A DNA stretch of 63,949 nucleotides from Phyllobates terribilis (lineage: Eukaryota). Position numbers and translations under genes: made by a program. The DNA lies in NCBI RefSeq assembly GCF_046119375.1, contig NW_027362772.1:91450001-91513949 (forward strand). The letters run 5' to 3'. Numbering within the stretch: the first letter of the stretch is position 1; each line of letters begins with the position of its first letter. Positions 45,201-57,200 of this stretch are shown one piece after another. Under the pieces are notes generated by a model, which had not been told where the DNA came from, made no database searches, and worked only from the letters and a program-made list of their open reading frames with translations.

Positions 45201-48200
45201 TTCTCTGCAGTCTTTTGGGGTCTGTCTCTCCAGCTTTCTCTGCAGTCTTTTGGGGTCTGTCTCTCCAGCTTTCTCTGCAGTCTTTTGGGGTCTGTCTCTC
45301 CAGCTTTCTCTGCAGTCTTTTGGGGTCTGTCTCTCCAGCTTTCTCTGCAGTCTTTTGGGGTCTGTCTCTCCAGCTTTCCCTGCAGTCTTTTGGGGTCTGT
45401 CTCTCCACCTTTCCCTGCAGTCTTTTGGGGTCTGTCTCTCCACCTTTCTCTGCAGTCTTTTGGGGTCTGTCTCTCCACCTTTCCCTGCAGTCTTTTGGGG
45501 TCTGTCTCTCCACCTTTCTCTGCAGTCTTTTGGGGTCTGTCTCTCCACCTTTCTCTGCAGTCTTTTGGGGTCTGTCTCTCCACCTTTCTCTGCAGTCTTT
45601 TGGGGTCTGTCTCTCCACCTTTCCCTGCAGTCTTTTGGGGTCTGTCTCTCCAGCTTTCGCTGCAGTCTTTTGGGGTCTGTCTCTCCACCTTTCCCTGCAG
45701 TCTTTTGGGGTCTGTCTCTCCAGCTTTCTCTGCAGTCTCTGGGGTCTGTCTCTCCAGCTTTCCCTGCAGTCTCTTGGGACCTGTCTCTCCAGCTTTCTCT
45801 GCAGTCTCTGGGGTCTGTCTCTCCAGCTTTCTCTGCAGTCTCTGGGGTCTGTCTCTCCAGCTTTCTCTGCAGTCTCTGGGGTCTGTCTCTCCAGCTTTCT
45901 CTGCAGTCTCTGGGGTCTGTCTCTCCAGCTTTGCCCCTCGCTCTCGCTCAGTGATTGGATGGAGACGTCTGTGATCAGTGATTTTCGCGTATTGTCACAG
46001 ATTCTCTGGGATTTGGGTCTGGACTGTGACTGCGCCGTTCACACACAGGAATATGCTCTGATCTAAACCCTCCATTGTAGCTCTGCAGGATGTTGAGGGT
46101 TGTTGTCCTGCTGGAACGTGAACCTACGCCCCGGTCTCAGGTCTTCTGCAGCCTCTGACAGGTTTTCCTCCAGGATTATCCTGTATTTAGCTCCATCCAT
46201 CTTCCCATCACCTCTGACCAGCTTCCCTGCCCCTGCTGAAGAAAAGCCTCCCCACAGCAGGATGCTGCCTCCACCATGTGTGACGATGGGGATGGTGTTT
46301 TCGGGGTCATGTGCAGGGTTAGTTTTCCACCACACATAGAGTTTTACATTTAGCCTAAAAAGTTCTCCTTTGGCCTCATCTGACTAGAGCTCCTGCTTCC
46401 ACATGCTCACTGTGTTCTTTACATGGGACTTCTTATGGCTTTTTCTTGCTCCTCTTCCATAAAGACCAGATTTGTGGAGTTCACGACTAATAGTCGCCCT
46501 GGAACAGATTCTCCTCCTGAGTTGTAGATCTGCAGCTCCTCAGTGACCATGGATCTCTCAGCTGCTTCTCTCATTAGCGCTCTCCTTGCTGGGATGTCAG
46601 GTTAGGTGACGGCCATGTCTTGGTAGGTTTATAGTTGTGCCGTACTCCTTCCATGTTTATGGATTGCACAGTGCTCCGTGAGGTGTTCAGAGCTCCTCTG
46701 GCTATTTTCTATAACCTAACCCTGATTTCCTCTTCTCCACAACTTTATCCCTGACCTGTCTGGTGTGCTCCTTAGTTTTCAGCTTTATCCCTGACCTGTC
46801 TGGTGTGCTCCTTAGTTTTCAGCTTTATCCCTGACCTGTCTGGTGGGCTCCTTAGTTTTCAGCTTTATCCCTGACCTGTCTGGTGGGCTCCTTAGTTTTC
46901 AGCTTTATACCTGACCTGTCTGGTGGGCTCTTTGGTTTTCATGGTGTTGTTTGAGCCGGCTTGTTCTCTGAAGCCTTCACAGAACAGCTGTAGTTATACT
47001 GAGGATAAATCACACCCAGGTGGACTCAGTGTACTAATTATGTGACTTCTGGGGGTGATTGGTCTGTCAGGATGTTATTTCGGGGGCATCAGGCTACAGG
47101 GGGCTGAATACTAACGCACTTCACAATGGTCAGATTTATATTTGTATAATAATTAGTGCGTTTTTTTCGTTACACCCACAAACCTAAATGTATGAAGAGT
47201 TTTTCAAGGCTCTGTTTCTGTCTACATCTGGTATGAGCTGGGCGCCTCCTGTCCATTATGATGTAGGGGGTCTCCTCTGGTTCGGGGGCTCTCTCCCCCG
47301 CTCTGTCTTGTCCGGGCAGGCCACGGGCAGTGACTGGCAGCCGGCAGGCTCAGACTTGCCCGCAGTCGCTTTGTCACTGCCGCATTCATTGCCCTCGTTC
47401 ACCCATCATCTGTTCCCACCAGACCCCCTGCTGTGGATGTCGCCTCGTCTCCATGGTGACCGCTGCCCCCAACATTGGATGAGGACATCACAGCTCTGCC
47501 AGTATAAAGCTATAATACCCGGCCGCTCATCCATCCCACCGGGCACTTCATGGAGTTTTTCCCAGGATCCTGGATGACTGTACTGATACACTGTGACGAA
47601 CCGGGGGTCTGCCAGTGTCTACCGGGGTTCTGCCAGTGTTTAGCAGTGGTCTGCCCGTGTCTAGCGGGACCCCGGGGGTCTTCCCTGCCCTGGGGACTCC
47701 GGGTTTACGTGCAAGTTGGTGCAGACTCCAGCAGAACCATTGCGGGACCCCGTAGGTCTGCTGTACTGATTTTCTGTGACGAACCGGGGGTCTTCCCATG
47801 TCTAGCAGGGCCCCGGGGGTCTGCCAGAGTGTAGCGGGGCCCCGGGGGTCTGCCAGAGTGTAGCGGGGCCCCGGGGGCCTGCCCGTGTCTAGCGGGGGTC
47901 TACCTGTGTCTAGCAGGGCCCCAGGGGTCTGCCTGTGTCTAGCGGGGCCCTGTAAGTCGGTGCAGACACCAGGAGAACCATCCCGTCATACCCGGCTCAG
48001 TCAGCGGCGGCGCTGTTCTCCTTTGCTGACGTTCCCCCGTTATAATCTCCGCTCTGTTATACGTCTCCTCTCGCTCCGGCAGCTGGAGCAGAACCTGCGG
48101 CTGGAGACCGGAGAGCGTGAGCGGGATTCCTTGGAGACGCGGAGCCTGGCGCAGCAGAATGTGGAGCTGCGGCGGCGGCTGGAGGAGGAGCAGGCGGCGT

Positions 48201-51200
48201 ACAAGCGGAAGCTGCAGGCCTATCAGGAGGGGCAGCAGCGGCAGGCACAGCTCGTACAGAAGCTCCAGGCCAAGGTGAGCGAGTGACCGCAGGTGATAAC
48301 AGAGAGCAATAGCACTGATGTGACATGTTCCCAAGATGCCGTCTCTTCTCATCCCTCCGGCAGGTCCTGCAGTACAAGAAACGGTGCGGAGAGGTGGAGC
48401 AGCAGCTTCTAGAACGTTCCACGGAGCTGGAGCAAGAACGTCTGAGCGTGAGTCTGACCGGCCATGACTGAGCAACACCCGATCCCGAGCGTCGTGCACC
48501 AAGAAGGGCCGCAGCGGCGCAACCATCTCTGCTCGCTGTCAGTGACTGCAGACATAACACATCGTAGCCATCTAATAACCGGGAGGCGAAAGGTCTCATT
48601 CACTGATAGCGGCCGGAGAGACCCCCCCCCCCGACTGTGGCGGCGGGCGGAGAGACCCCCCCCGACTGTGGCGGCGGGCGGAGACCCTGACGTGGCGGCC
48701 TATAATGTTGCAGTGATTAATTGTAGCATGGAAACAGCAGCAAATCACAACCCGCCCACACAAAGCGGCACAATAACACCCGCGCCGCCCACACAAAGCG
48801 GCACAATAACACCTGCGCCGCCCACACAAAGCGGCACAATAACACCTGCGCCGCCCACACAAAGCGGCACAATAACACCCGCGCCGCCCACACAAAGCAG
48901 CGCAATAACACCCGCGCCGCCCACACAAAGCGGCACAATAACACCCGCGCCGCCCACACAAAGCGGCACAATAACACCCGCGCCGCCCACACAAAGCAGC
49001 GCAATAACACCCGCGCCGCCCACACAAAGCGACACAATAACACCGGCGCCGCCCACACAAAGCGGCACAATAACACCGGCGCCGCCCACACAAAGCGGCA
49101 CAATAACACCGGCGCCGCCCACACAAAGCGGCACAATAACACCCGCGCCGCCCACACAAAGCGGCACAATAACACCCGCGCCGCCCACAGAAAGCGGCAC
49201 AATAACACCGGCGCCGCCCACACAAAGCGGCACAATAACACCGGCGCCGCCCACACAATGCGGCACAATAACACCGGCGCCGCCCACACAATGCGGCACA
49301 ATAACACCGGCGCCGCCCACACAATGCGGCACAATAACACCGGCGCCGCCCACACAATGCGGCACAATAACACCGGCGCCGCCCACACAATGCGGCACAA
49401 TAACACCGGCGCCGCCCACACAATGCGGCACAATAACACCGGCGCCGCCCACACAATGCGGCACAATAACACCCGCGCCGCCCACACAATGCGGCACAAT
49501 AACACCCGCGCCGCCCACACAAAGCGGCACAATAACACCCGCGCCGCCCACACAAAGCGGCACAATAACACCCGCGCCGCCCACACAAAGCGGCACAATA
49601 ACACCCGCGCCGCCCACACAAAGCGGCACAATAACACCCGCGCCGCCCACACAAAGCGGCACAATAACACCCGCGCCGCCCACACAAAGCGGCACAATAA
49701 CACCCGCGCCGCCCACACAAAGCGGCACAATAACACCCGCGCCGCCCACACAAAGCGGCACAATAACACCCGCGCCGCCCACACAAAGCGGCACAATAAC
49801 ACCCGCGCCGCCCACACAAAGCGGCACAATAACACCCGCGCCGCCCATACAAAGCGGCACAATAACACCCGCGCCGCCCACACAATGCGGCACAATAACA
49901 CCCGCGCCGCCCACAGAAAGCGGCACAATAACACCCGCGCCGCCCACACAATGCGGCACAATAACACCGGCGCCGCCCACACAATGCGGCGCAATAACAC
50001 CGGCGCCGCGCTCTCAAGCTCCGTAGAATCTGTGATCCATCAGGTGATTTTGGCGTTTTCCGCGCAGAGCCGCCTGGAGGTGACGGACTCGCGGCTGCGG
50101 CAGGAGGAGGAGAGCAGCAATGAGCTGGAGAACGCTCTGATACGACTGGAGGAGGAGCAGCAGAGGTACGGAGCCTGCGGCCACTCACCAGATATTCGGA
50201 TTAACTCTTTATGCGCCTCACCCATTATTGTAATCCCCAATGTAGAAAGCATCAGGGGGACGGAGCGGCTGATAACAGGGAGCAATAGTTCGCTCATTTC
50301 TGGGGTTCGTGTCCCTTTTCTCCTGTTATTTTGCCGTCGTTCTCACCGTCTCCTGCGCCCACAGAAGCGCCAGCCTGACCCAGGTGAACGTGATGCTGCG
50401 CGAGCAGCTGGACCAGGCAAACTCCGCCAACCAGGCGCTGAGCGAGGACCTGCGCAAACTGACGGCCGACTGGACCAAAGCCCGCGAGGAGCTGGAGCAG
50501 AAGGAGAGCGAGTGGAGGCGCGAAGAGGAGGTGAGGGCACAGGCCGGCGGCATGGCCGCCATTACATTGCTGACATAGCGGATTGACTCCGTCTCTCGGT
50601 GTCGCCCCCCGCAGTCCTTTAACGCCTACTTCAGCAATGAGCACAGCCGTCTGCTGTCCCTGTGGAGACAGGTTGTCGGCTTCAGGAGACATTTCAGCGA
50701 GATGAAGACCATGACGGAGAGGTGGGTGTCCGGCCGGGGGTCTCTGACCTGCTGTGCCGTCCTGGGTCTGACCCCCCCCCTCTGTATGCAGGGACCTGTC
50801 GGCGATGCAGAAGGGGCTGTCGCAGTCCTGCCGCTCGCTGCACGCCTCCTGCCTGACTGTGGGCAGCTCGCTGAGACTGGCAGAGAACAGCGGCGTGGTG
50901 GAGAGACAAGCGCTGCAGATGGCGCAACTGGACGAGCAACTGAAGGACAAAGTGCGCGACATGATCCAGCTGCAGGCTGCGTGCGACGCCGAGAAAGCCG
51001 AGCTCAGCGCCAGGTACGGAGCCGCCCGAGGGCAGCCGTGGTGCCGCGAGCCTGGCGCTCTGCATGACTCTGATCTCCTTTTATATCACAGGGCAGCAGA
51101 GATGAATAAGACGATCGAGCGGCTGCAGGTCGACAGCAGAGACAAGGAGCTGACGATCCGACAGCTGCAAGAGCAGGTACCGGGGTCCGTGAAGGGGTTA

Positions 51201-54200
51201 AACCTGAGCTCCGCTTTAAAACCTCACAGGAGGCCGCACAGCGGAGCTGATTAGCCCTTGTGTGTAACCTGCATTACATCAGCTCTTGTACTCCAGTCAC
51301 AGCCAAAGCTGCGTGCACATTCTGATCGTTCTCTGCAGCACATGCTTTATTGTAGTGTATGAAGACCCGGGGTCTTCTGTGGGCATAATACTACTCAGAC
51401 AACACAGGGTGAGGGTACAAGACCAGGAGACCCGAGGGTCCCAACCTGGCCTCTCCGAGAGTTTCCATGGGGCCAGGCGACCGGTGGATCCCTCCTGGCA
51501 ACTCCAAACAACATATCCAATGGGGCTAGATGACTAGCTCGTCCCACCATGGTCTCCCCAAAATGTATCCATGGTCTCTCTGATGGTCAATGGAGCAAAT
51601 CCCAATCTTTCCAGTCAGGGCCGATACCCTTAGGCTGGAATTATATAGAATTCAAATCTGTGTCTCTTTGGGTAATGCCATGCAATCCATCTACTGTCCT
51701 GAAGGATGTCTCTCATTCTCCTTGTAAAGTCTTTCTGACGCTCCTTGATTCTGCTTCCCAAGTCTGACTGCTAGAGAAACACCTGACCCTTCTGCTTCTT
51801 TGGGCTCAGCCTCCTAAATGGCAGAACTGCTCTCACCTGCCCCCCCCCAAAAAAAAAAAGCTCAGTGTGCATTAGTGGAGGGATCTTTCTCAGGTCGACC
51901 TCATCACCTGGGTCTACATGTGAGACTCCCTGTGGTGAAGGCTCCGCCAGATCTTCTTTCAACACACAATGGGCTTAGACGATTTTTAAACAATGGTTAG
52001 AGGGTCCTGAGATACTGATGAGATTAGTGGAATGCTGGACACTTTACAAGTTATATTGGTGTACATAAACTGACGAGCAAGCAGAACATTAATAAAGCAC
52101 AGCAAGAAATCGCTAATAAAGCACAATCGGGTATTTCTCTTGACTTAATAAATCTAATCGTCTGGCTTATTAAGATTTTAAGTTGTATCATCACACATAG
52201 TAACAAACATCATTGTTTCAGAACCAAGAGAAGACAACATTCAGGGTTATACGAATGCTGGTCTGTTTTTCTTGATCCACCAAAGAAACGCACACAAGTT
52301 CTAAAGTCAACACAAACACTATAGTTAATTTCTCTTGGCTTAACAAATCTAGACATCTGGCTGATTAAGGATAAGAAGCTGTATCGTCACATAGTGCATT
52401 GTGGGACGTATAATGGCAGTACTCCTAGTAATGCTCCATCCAGCGTGGCGGAGAGGCGCGGGACTCCTGTCTGTGGTTGTCTGAGGGGATACGATGGCTC
52501 CAGGAGTGGGGGGATGTGACGGTGTGTATCTGGTTCTTGCAGGAGATGAGTCGGGTGGACGAACGAGTTACGCTGGTAGGAGAAGAGGTGGAAGCACTGA
52601 GGTGTGAGAGGGAGACTCTGCAGGAGACGCTGCGGGAGCTGACGCAGGTGCGCGCTGTGCGGGGAGATCTGACACCCGCCTTATGCCCCCCTGAGATCTT
52701 GTGAAGCCCCTTAGAATTGTTTCCTCATCGGTGCCATTAGTAATCGGTGATGGACTCAGTCAGTGCCGTCTGGACGTCCCTCACTTTGCTCCACGTGTTT
52801 TTCTTTCCTCCGTCTGGATCTGTTGCTGTTTACGGATCCGGCACACACTGACTGTCCAGCCTTGTGATTGTCGATAACTGTTCCGTCCTTGTGGCCTCTC
52901 CTCCAGGCCGTCCTCAGTGATGCAGACAGTGGTCTTCAGCTCTCCACCAGTGAGAAGACCTTGGAGCTTCTGGATAGCGAGGGTCCGTCTCTCAGCCTGA
53001 GGGGGCTCTCCAGCAGCCTGCGCACATCCTCTCCCATCCGGCGCCCTTCTCCGCACCGCAGCAGCTCACCGAGACGCAGCCTGTCCCCGGCCTTCCGTGA
53101 CTCCGCGCTCTCCGCCGTACACTCTGCTCTGCAGAGGCGACAGCTCCAGATCCAGGTACATTTTGTCCCGTGGTTCGCGCCCCGGCCCTCTGCCCTCCGC
53201 GCGCCCCTCTGCCCTCCGCGCGCCCCTCTGCCCTCCCCTGGGCTCGTTGCCCTCGGCCCGCTGCCCTCCGCGCGCGCCCCGATACTCTGCCATCAGTCAT
53301 GTTGGATTCCTTCCCTCCGAATGGGGCAGCTGCTAATGAAACCTCTTGGAGGCGCCACTGTGCCTCGTGCTGCATTTCTCGGCGCATTGCTGATTGGCTG
53401 CAGATTTGTTTTGCGCCTTTCTTTCCCCCTCAATGTTCAGACTAAATCCTTCTCACCGGGTCTCACTTTGGTCCTTAGTTTTGCTCTAACTCGATTGTTT
53501 GCAGGAGCTGCGGGGGCGGCTGGAGGGCGGACAGGAGGCGGCGGGCACGCTGCGGAGACAGCTGAGCGACAGCGAGAACGACCGCAGGGTCCTGGAGCAG
53601 AAAATAACGCAGATGCAAAAAGATCTGGACTCGTCCACTATGAGCAAAGACGACGCGGAGCTGACACTCTCCAGACTCCGCAGCAGCTTAGAGCAGCTGA
53701 ACAGGTGCCGACGCCTGGGGGTGGCCGCCCTGACCCTGGGGGTACCGCGTTGACGCTACAAAATGTTCTCCGTGCGCCCCATACATGCCCCCAATCTTCT
53801 CTGGTGTCTGATGCACCGTTGTCTCCGCAGTGATCGCACCGCCCTGGAGCGCAGCGTCCACAATCTGCAGGAACAGCTGGAGACGCAGCGTCAAGAGGCT
53901 GAAAAACTGCAGCTGGCGAACAGCGACCTCCAGCGGCAGAGAGACGTCTTGCAGGAGGAGAAGGACGACACCTGCCAGGACCGAGACCGAGCCCAGCGAG
54001 AGGTGGACAGAGGGTGAGTTCATGAGGGTCAGGAGATCGCCCCCCAGTTTTGGGGCCACACAGCGGAGACCCCTAAAGGGGCACAGGCAGACTTAGAGGG
54101 GTCCCTGTGTCTGCAGATTGTGGGGTGACTGCTGAGCCCCCAGTTATTCTGATCCGCAGGCACAAGAGCCAGGAGCAGCTGGAGGTGAAGCTCTCGGCCC

Positions 54201-57200
54201 TCAGGAAAGAGCTGGTCGTGGTGAAAGAGGTTCTGCATCAGTCCAGCCTGGAGAAGGAGGTGCTGGAGGCCGAGAAGACGGACATCACCCAAGCACTCTC
54301 CAAGGTAAAGTCCAGCAAATCCTCCTCTGCCCATACCTCCTGACACACTGTCACAAGCACCGCAGCCCCGAACAAGACTGTCAGGTTCTCTCTCCAGTGC
54401 GCCCCATTCACTGACGGCAAACAGAGATCCTGAAAATAGTGACGAATTGAATCTCTGTCCGTCATAAAGCGGAAAAAGCAGAGACCGGACCCCAGGACTT
54501 CACAGTCCGAGGAGCGTGGATTATCTCCGGCTGTGAGGGTCCGGCTGCTACAGTACAGTAGTGTCCACAGTAACAGCCGTCCAATATGGCTGACCAGATT
54601 AATCGCTGTTTTTGGTATTGATTCTATCACCACATGTCAGACAATTTACCAGTCGGTGCAGTAGATTGTAAGAAACCCCCCAGACTCCGCATTCATCATC
54701 TGCAGGTTTCTGACTCTGTGTATGTGAAGCAGCACATGTTGTACCTGCATTTCTCCTTGAAAGCCTGAGAAATATGGGTCGTTGCAGACATTGTTCAGAA
54801 GAACAGCGTACTGTGATTAAAAAGTTGATTGGAGAGGGTAAAACTTATAAAGAAGTGCAGACAATGATCGACTGATCAGCTAAAATGGTCTCCAATGCTT
54901 TATAATGGAAAGCAAAACCAGAGAGACGAGGAAGAAAACGGAAGACCACCATCCGAATGGATGGAAGAATAGCCAGAATGGCGAAGGCTCAGCCAATGAT
55001 CGGCTCCAGGATGATCACAGACAGTCTCCAATTACCTGTGAGGACTGCGACAGTTAGAAGACGCCTGTGTGAAGCTAATCTCTGAACAAGAAGTCCCCGC
55101 AAAGTCCAAAAAAGACATGTACTGAAGCGGATACAATTGACCAAAGAACACCTCAACCGGCCTAAAGAGACATGGAGAAACATTTTGTGGACTGATGAAA
55201 GGAAAATTGTTCTTTTTGGGTCCAAGGTCCGCAGACAGTTCGTCAGACGACCCCCAAACTCTGCATTCAGCCACAGTACAACCTGCAGACAGTGAAGCAT
55301 GGTGGAAACATTGTGATATGGGCATGTTTCTGTTACTATGGTGCCGGACCTATATACCGCATACCAGAAATCATGGACCAGCTTGCAGATATTAAAACAC
55401 TTGAAGAGGTCACACACCGGTCCCCTATAACCTACCAACATGAAGCAGCTACGAGGATGATACTGTAGACACTGAACATCATGTATCCCCCCCCCCCCCT
55501 CTGTTATCCTGCAGGCTGAGATACACCGGGCTGAGCTGGAGTTGGCGCTGAACAGACAGAGGACAGAGGAGGCTTCTGTGCGAGACGCCTTGTCTAAGAT
55601 GAGCGCCCTGAATGAGAGCCTGGCCCAGGACAAGACCGAGCTCAACAAGGTCATTGCTCAGGTAGGTGAGGCCGTGGGACCCCCACACCTCAGCCCCCTC
55701 GTAGCAGTGCGAGGAGGCCGCGAGACCCCCACACCTCAGCCCCTCATAGCAGTGCGAGGAGGCCACGGGACCCCCACACCTCAGCCCCTCGTGGCAGTGC
55801 CAGGAGGCTGCGGGACCCCCACACCTCAGCCCCTCGTGGCAGTGGGACCCCCACACCTCAGCCCCTCGTGGCAGTGTGGTGAGGCCACGGGACCCCCACA
55901 CCTTAGCCCCTCGTATCAGTGCGAGGAGGCCGCGGGATCCCCACACCTCAGCCCCTCGTGGCAGTGCCAGGAGGCCGCGGGACCCCCACACCTCAGCCCC
56001 TCGTGGCAGTGGGACCCCCACACCTCAGCCCCTCGTGGCAGTGTGGTGAGGCCGCGGGACCCCAACACCCTCAGCCCCTCGTGGCAGTGGGACCCCAACA
56101 CCCTCAGCCCCTCGTGGCAGTGTGGTGAGGCCACGGGACCCCCACACCTTAGCCCCTCGTATCAGTGCGAGGAGGCCGCGGGATCCCCACACCTCAGCCC
56201 CTCGTGGCAGTGCCAGGAGGCCGCGGGACCCCCACACCTCAGCCCCTCGTGGCAGTGGGACCCCCACACCTCAGCCCCTCGTAGCAGTGTGGTGAGGCCG
56301 CGGGACCCCCACACCCTCAGCCCCTCGTAGCAGTGTGGTGAGGCCGCGGGAGCCTCGGAGTCGCCGGTGGTGGATAATGCTGGCCTCCTTTTGCAGCTGG
56401 AGCAGCAGCGATCCTCCCTGCAGGGGCAGAAGCACGAGGTGGAGCAGGAGAAAGCCTCCATCCGCGACGAGCTGGTGCGACTGGAGCAGGAGAAGCTGGA
56501 GCTGGACACCGAGCGTTTCGGGCTGGATAACTCCCTGCAGGCCATGGAGCAGAACCGGGAGAAGCTGCTGCAGGAGCTGCAGGCGCTGCGCAGAGACCGG
56601 GCCAACGTGCAGGAGCAGCTGGGGCAGGTACGGAGCACGGTATTGTGGGTAAGGGCAGTACCCAGGATAGCACAGGTGGCTGCAGAGCATTGTGGGTCGT
56701 CTTGGCCCCCGGGATTGGACGGGTGGGTGCAGAGCATTGTGGGTCATCTTGGTCCCCGGGATTGGACAGGTAGTTGCAGAGCATTGTGAGTCATCTTGGT
56801 CCCCGGGATTGGACGGGTGGGTGCAGAGCATTGTGGGTCGTCTTGGCCCCCGGGATTGGACGGGTGGGTGCAGAGCATTGCGGGTCATCTTGGTCCCCGG
56901 GATTGGACAGGTAGTTGCAGAGCATTGTGAGTCGTCTTGGTCCCAGGGATGCGCTGTGTGTGACCGGTCTCCTCCATCTTTTCATCGTTAGTTGAGTCGT
57001 CAGAGGAACGTCCTGAGCGAGGACCTGGTGCAGAGCCGCAGGGAGGTGGAGCAGCAGAGCGAGAGCCTCCTCCGCGCCTCCAGAGAGAAAGAGGCGCTGA
57101 TGAAGGAGAAGGGCGGCCTGGTGGTGCAGCTGACCGCCTGCGAGAGGGAGAACCGGGTGCAGTCAGAGGAGATGGCCGCCCTCAGGTATATGGACCACGG

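Larger units (their letters stand above)
44601..47214 (-). mobile_element. Degraded Tc1 transposon (minus strand) inflated by two internal tandem arrays
   Basis: Left end TA|CACTGTCTTGAAAAGTCTTCACA, right end TATGAAGAGTTTTTCAAGGCTCTG; inner repeats ATTCAGCCCC near 44775 and GGGGCTGAATAC near 47100; minus-strand HGGGSILLWGGFSSAG...DGAKYR...FTFQQDNNPQH at 46063-46335. Confidence 0.88.

Noticed and set aside
51370-51770. Possible decayed retroelement ORF on the minus strand
   Set aside because: About three stops in 125 codons and no recognisable gag, pol or env motif, so it cannot be supported.
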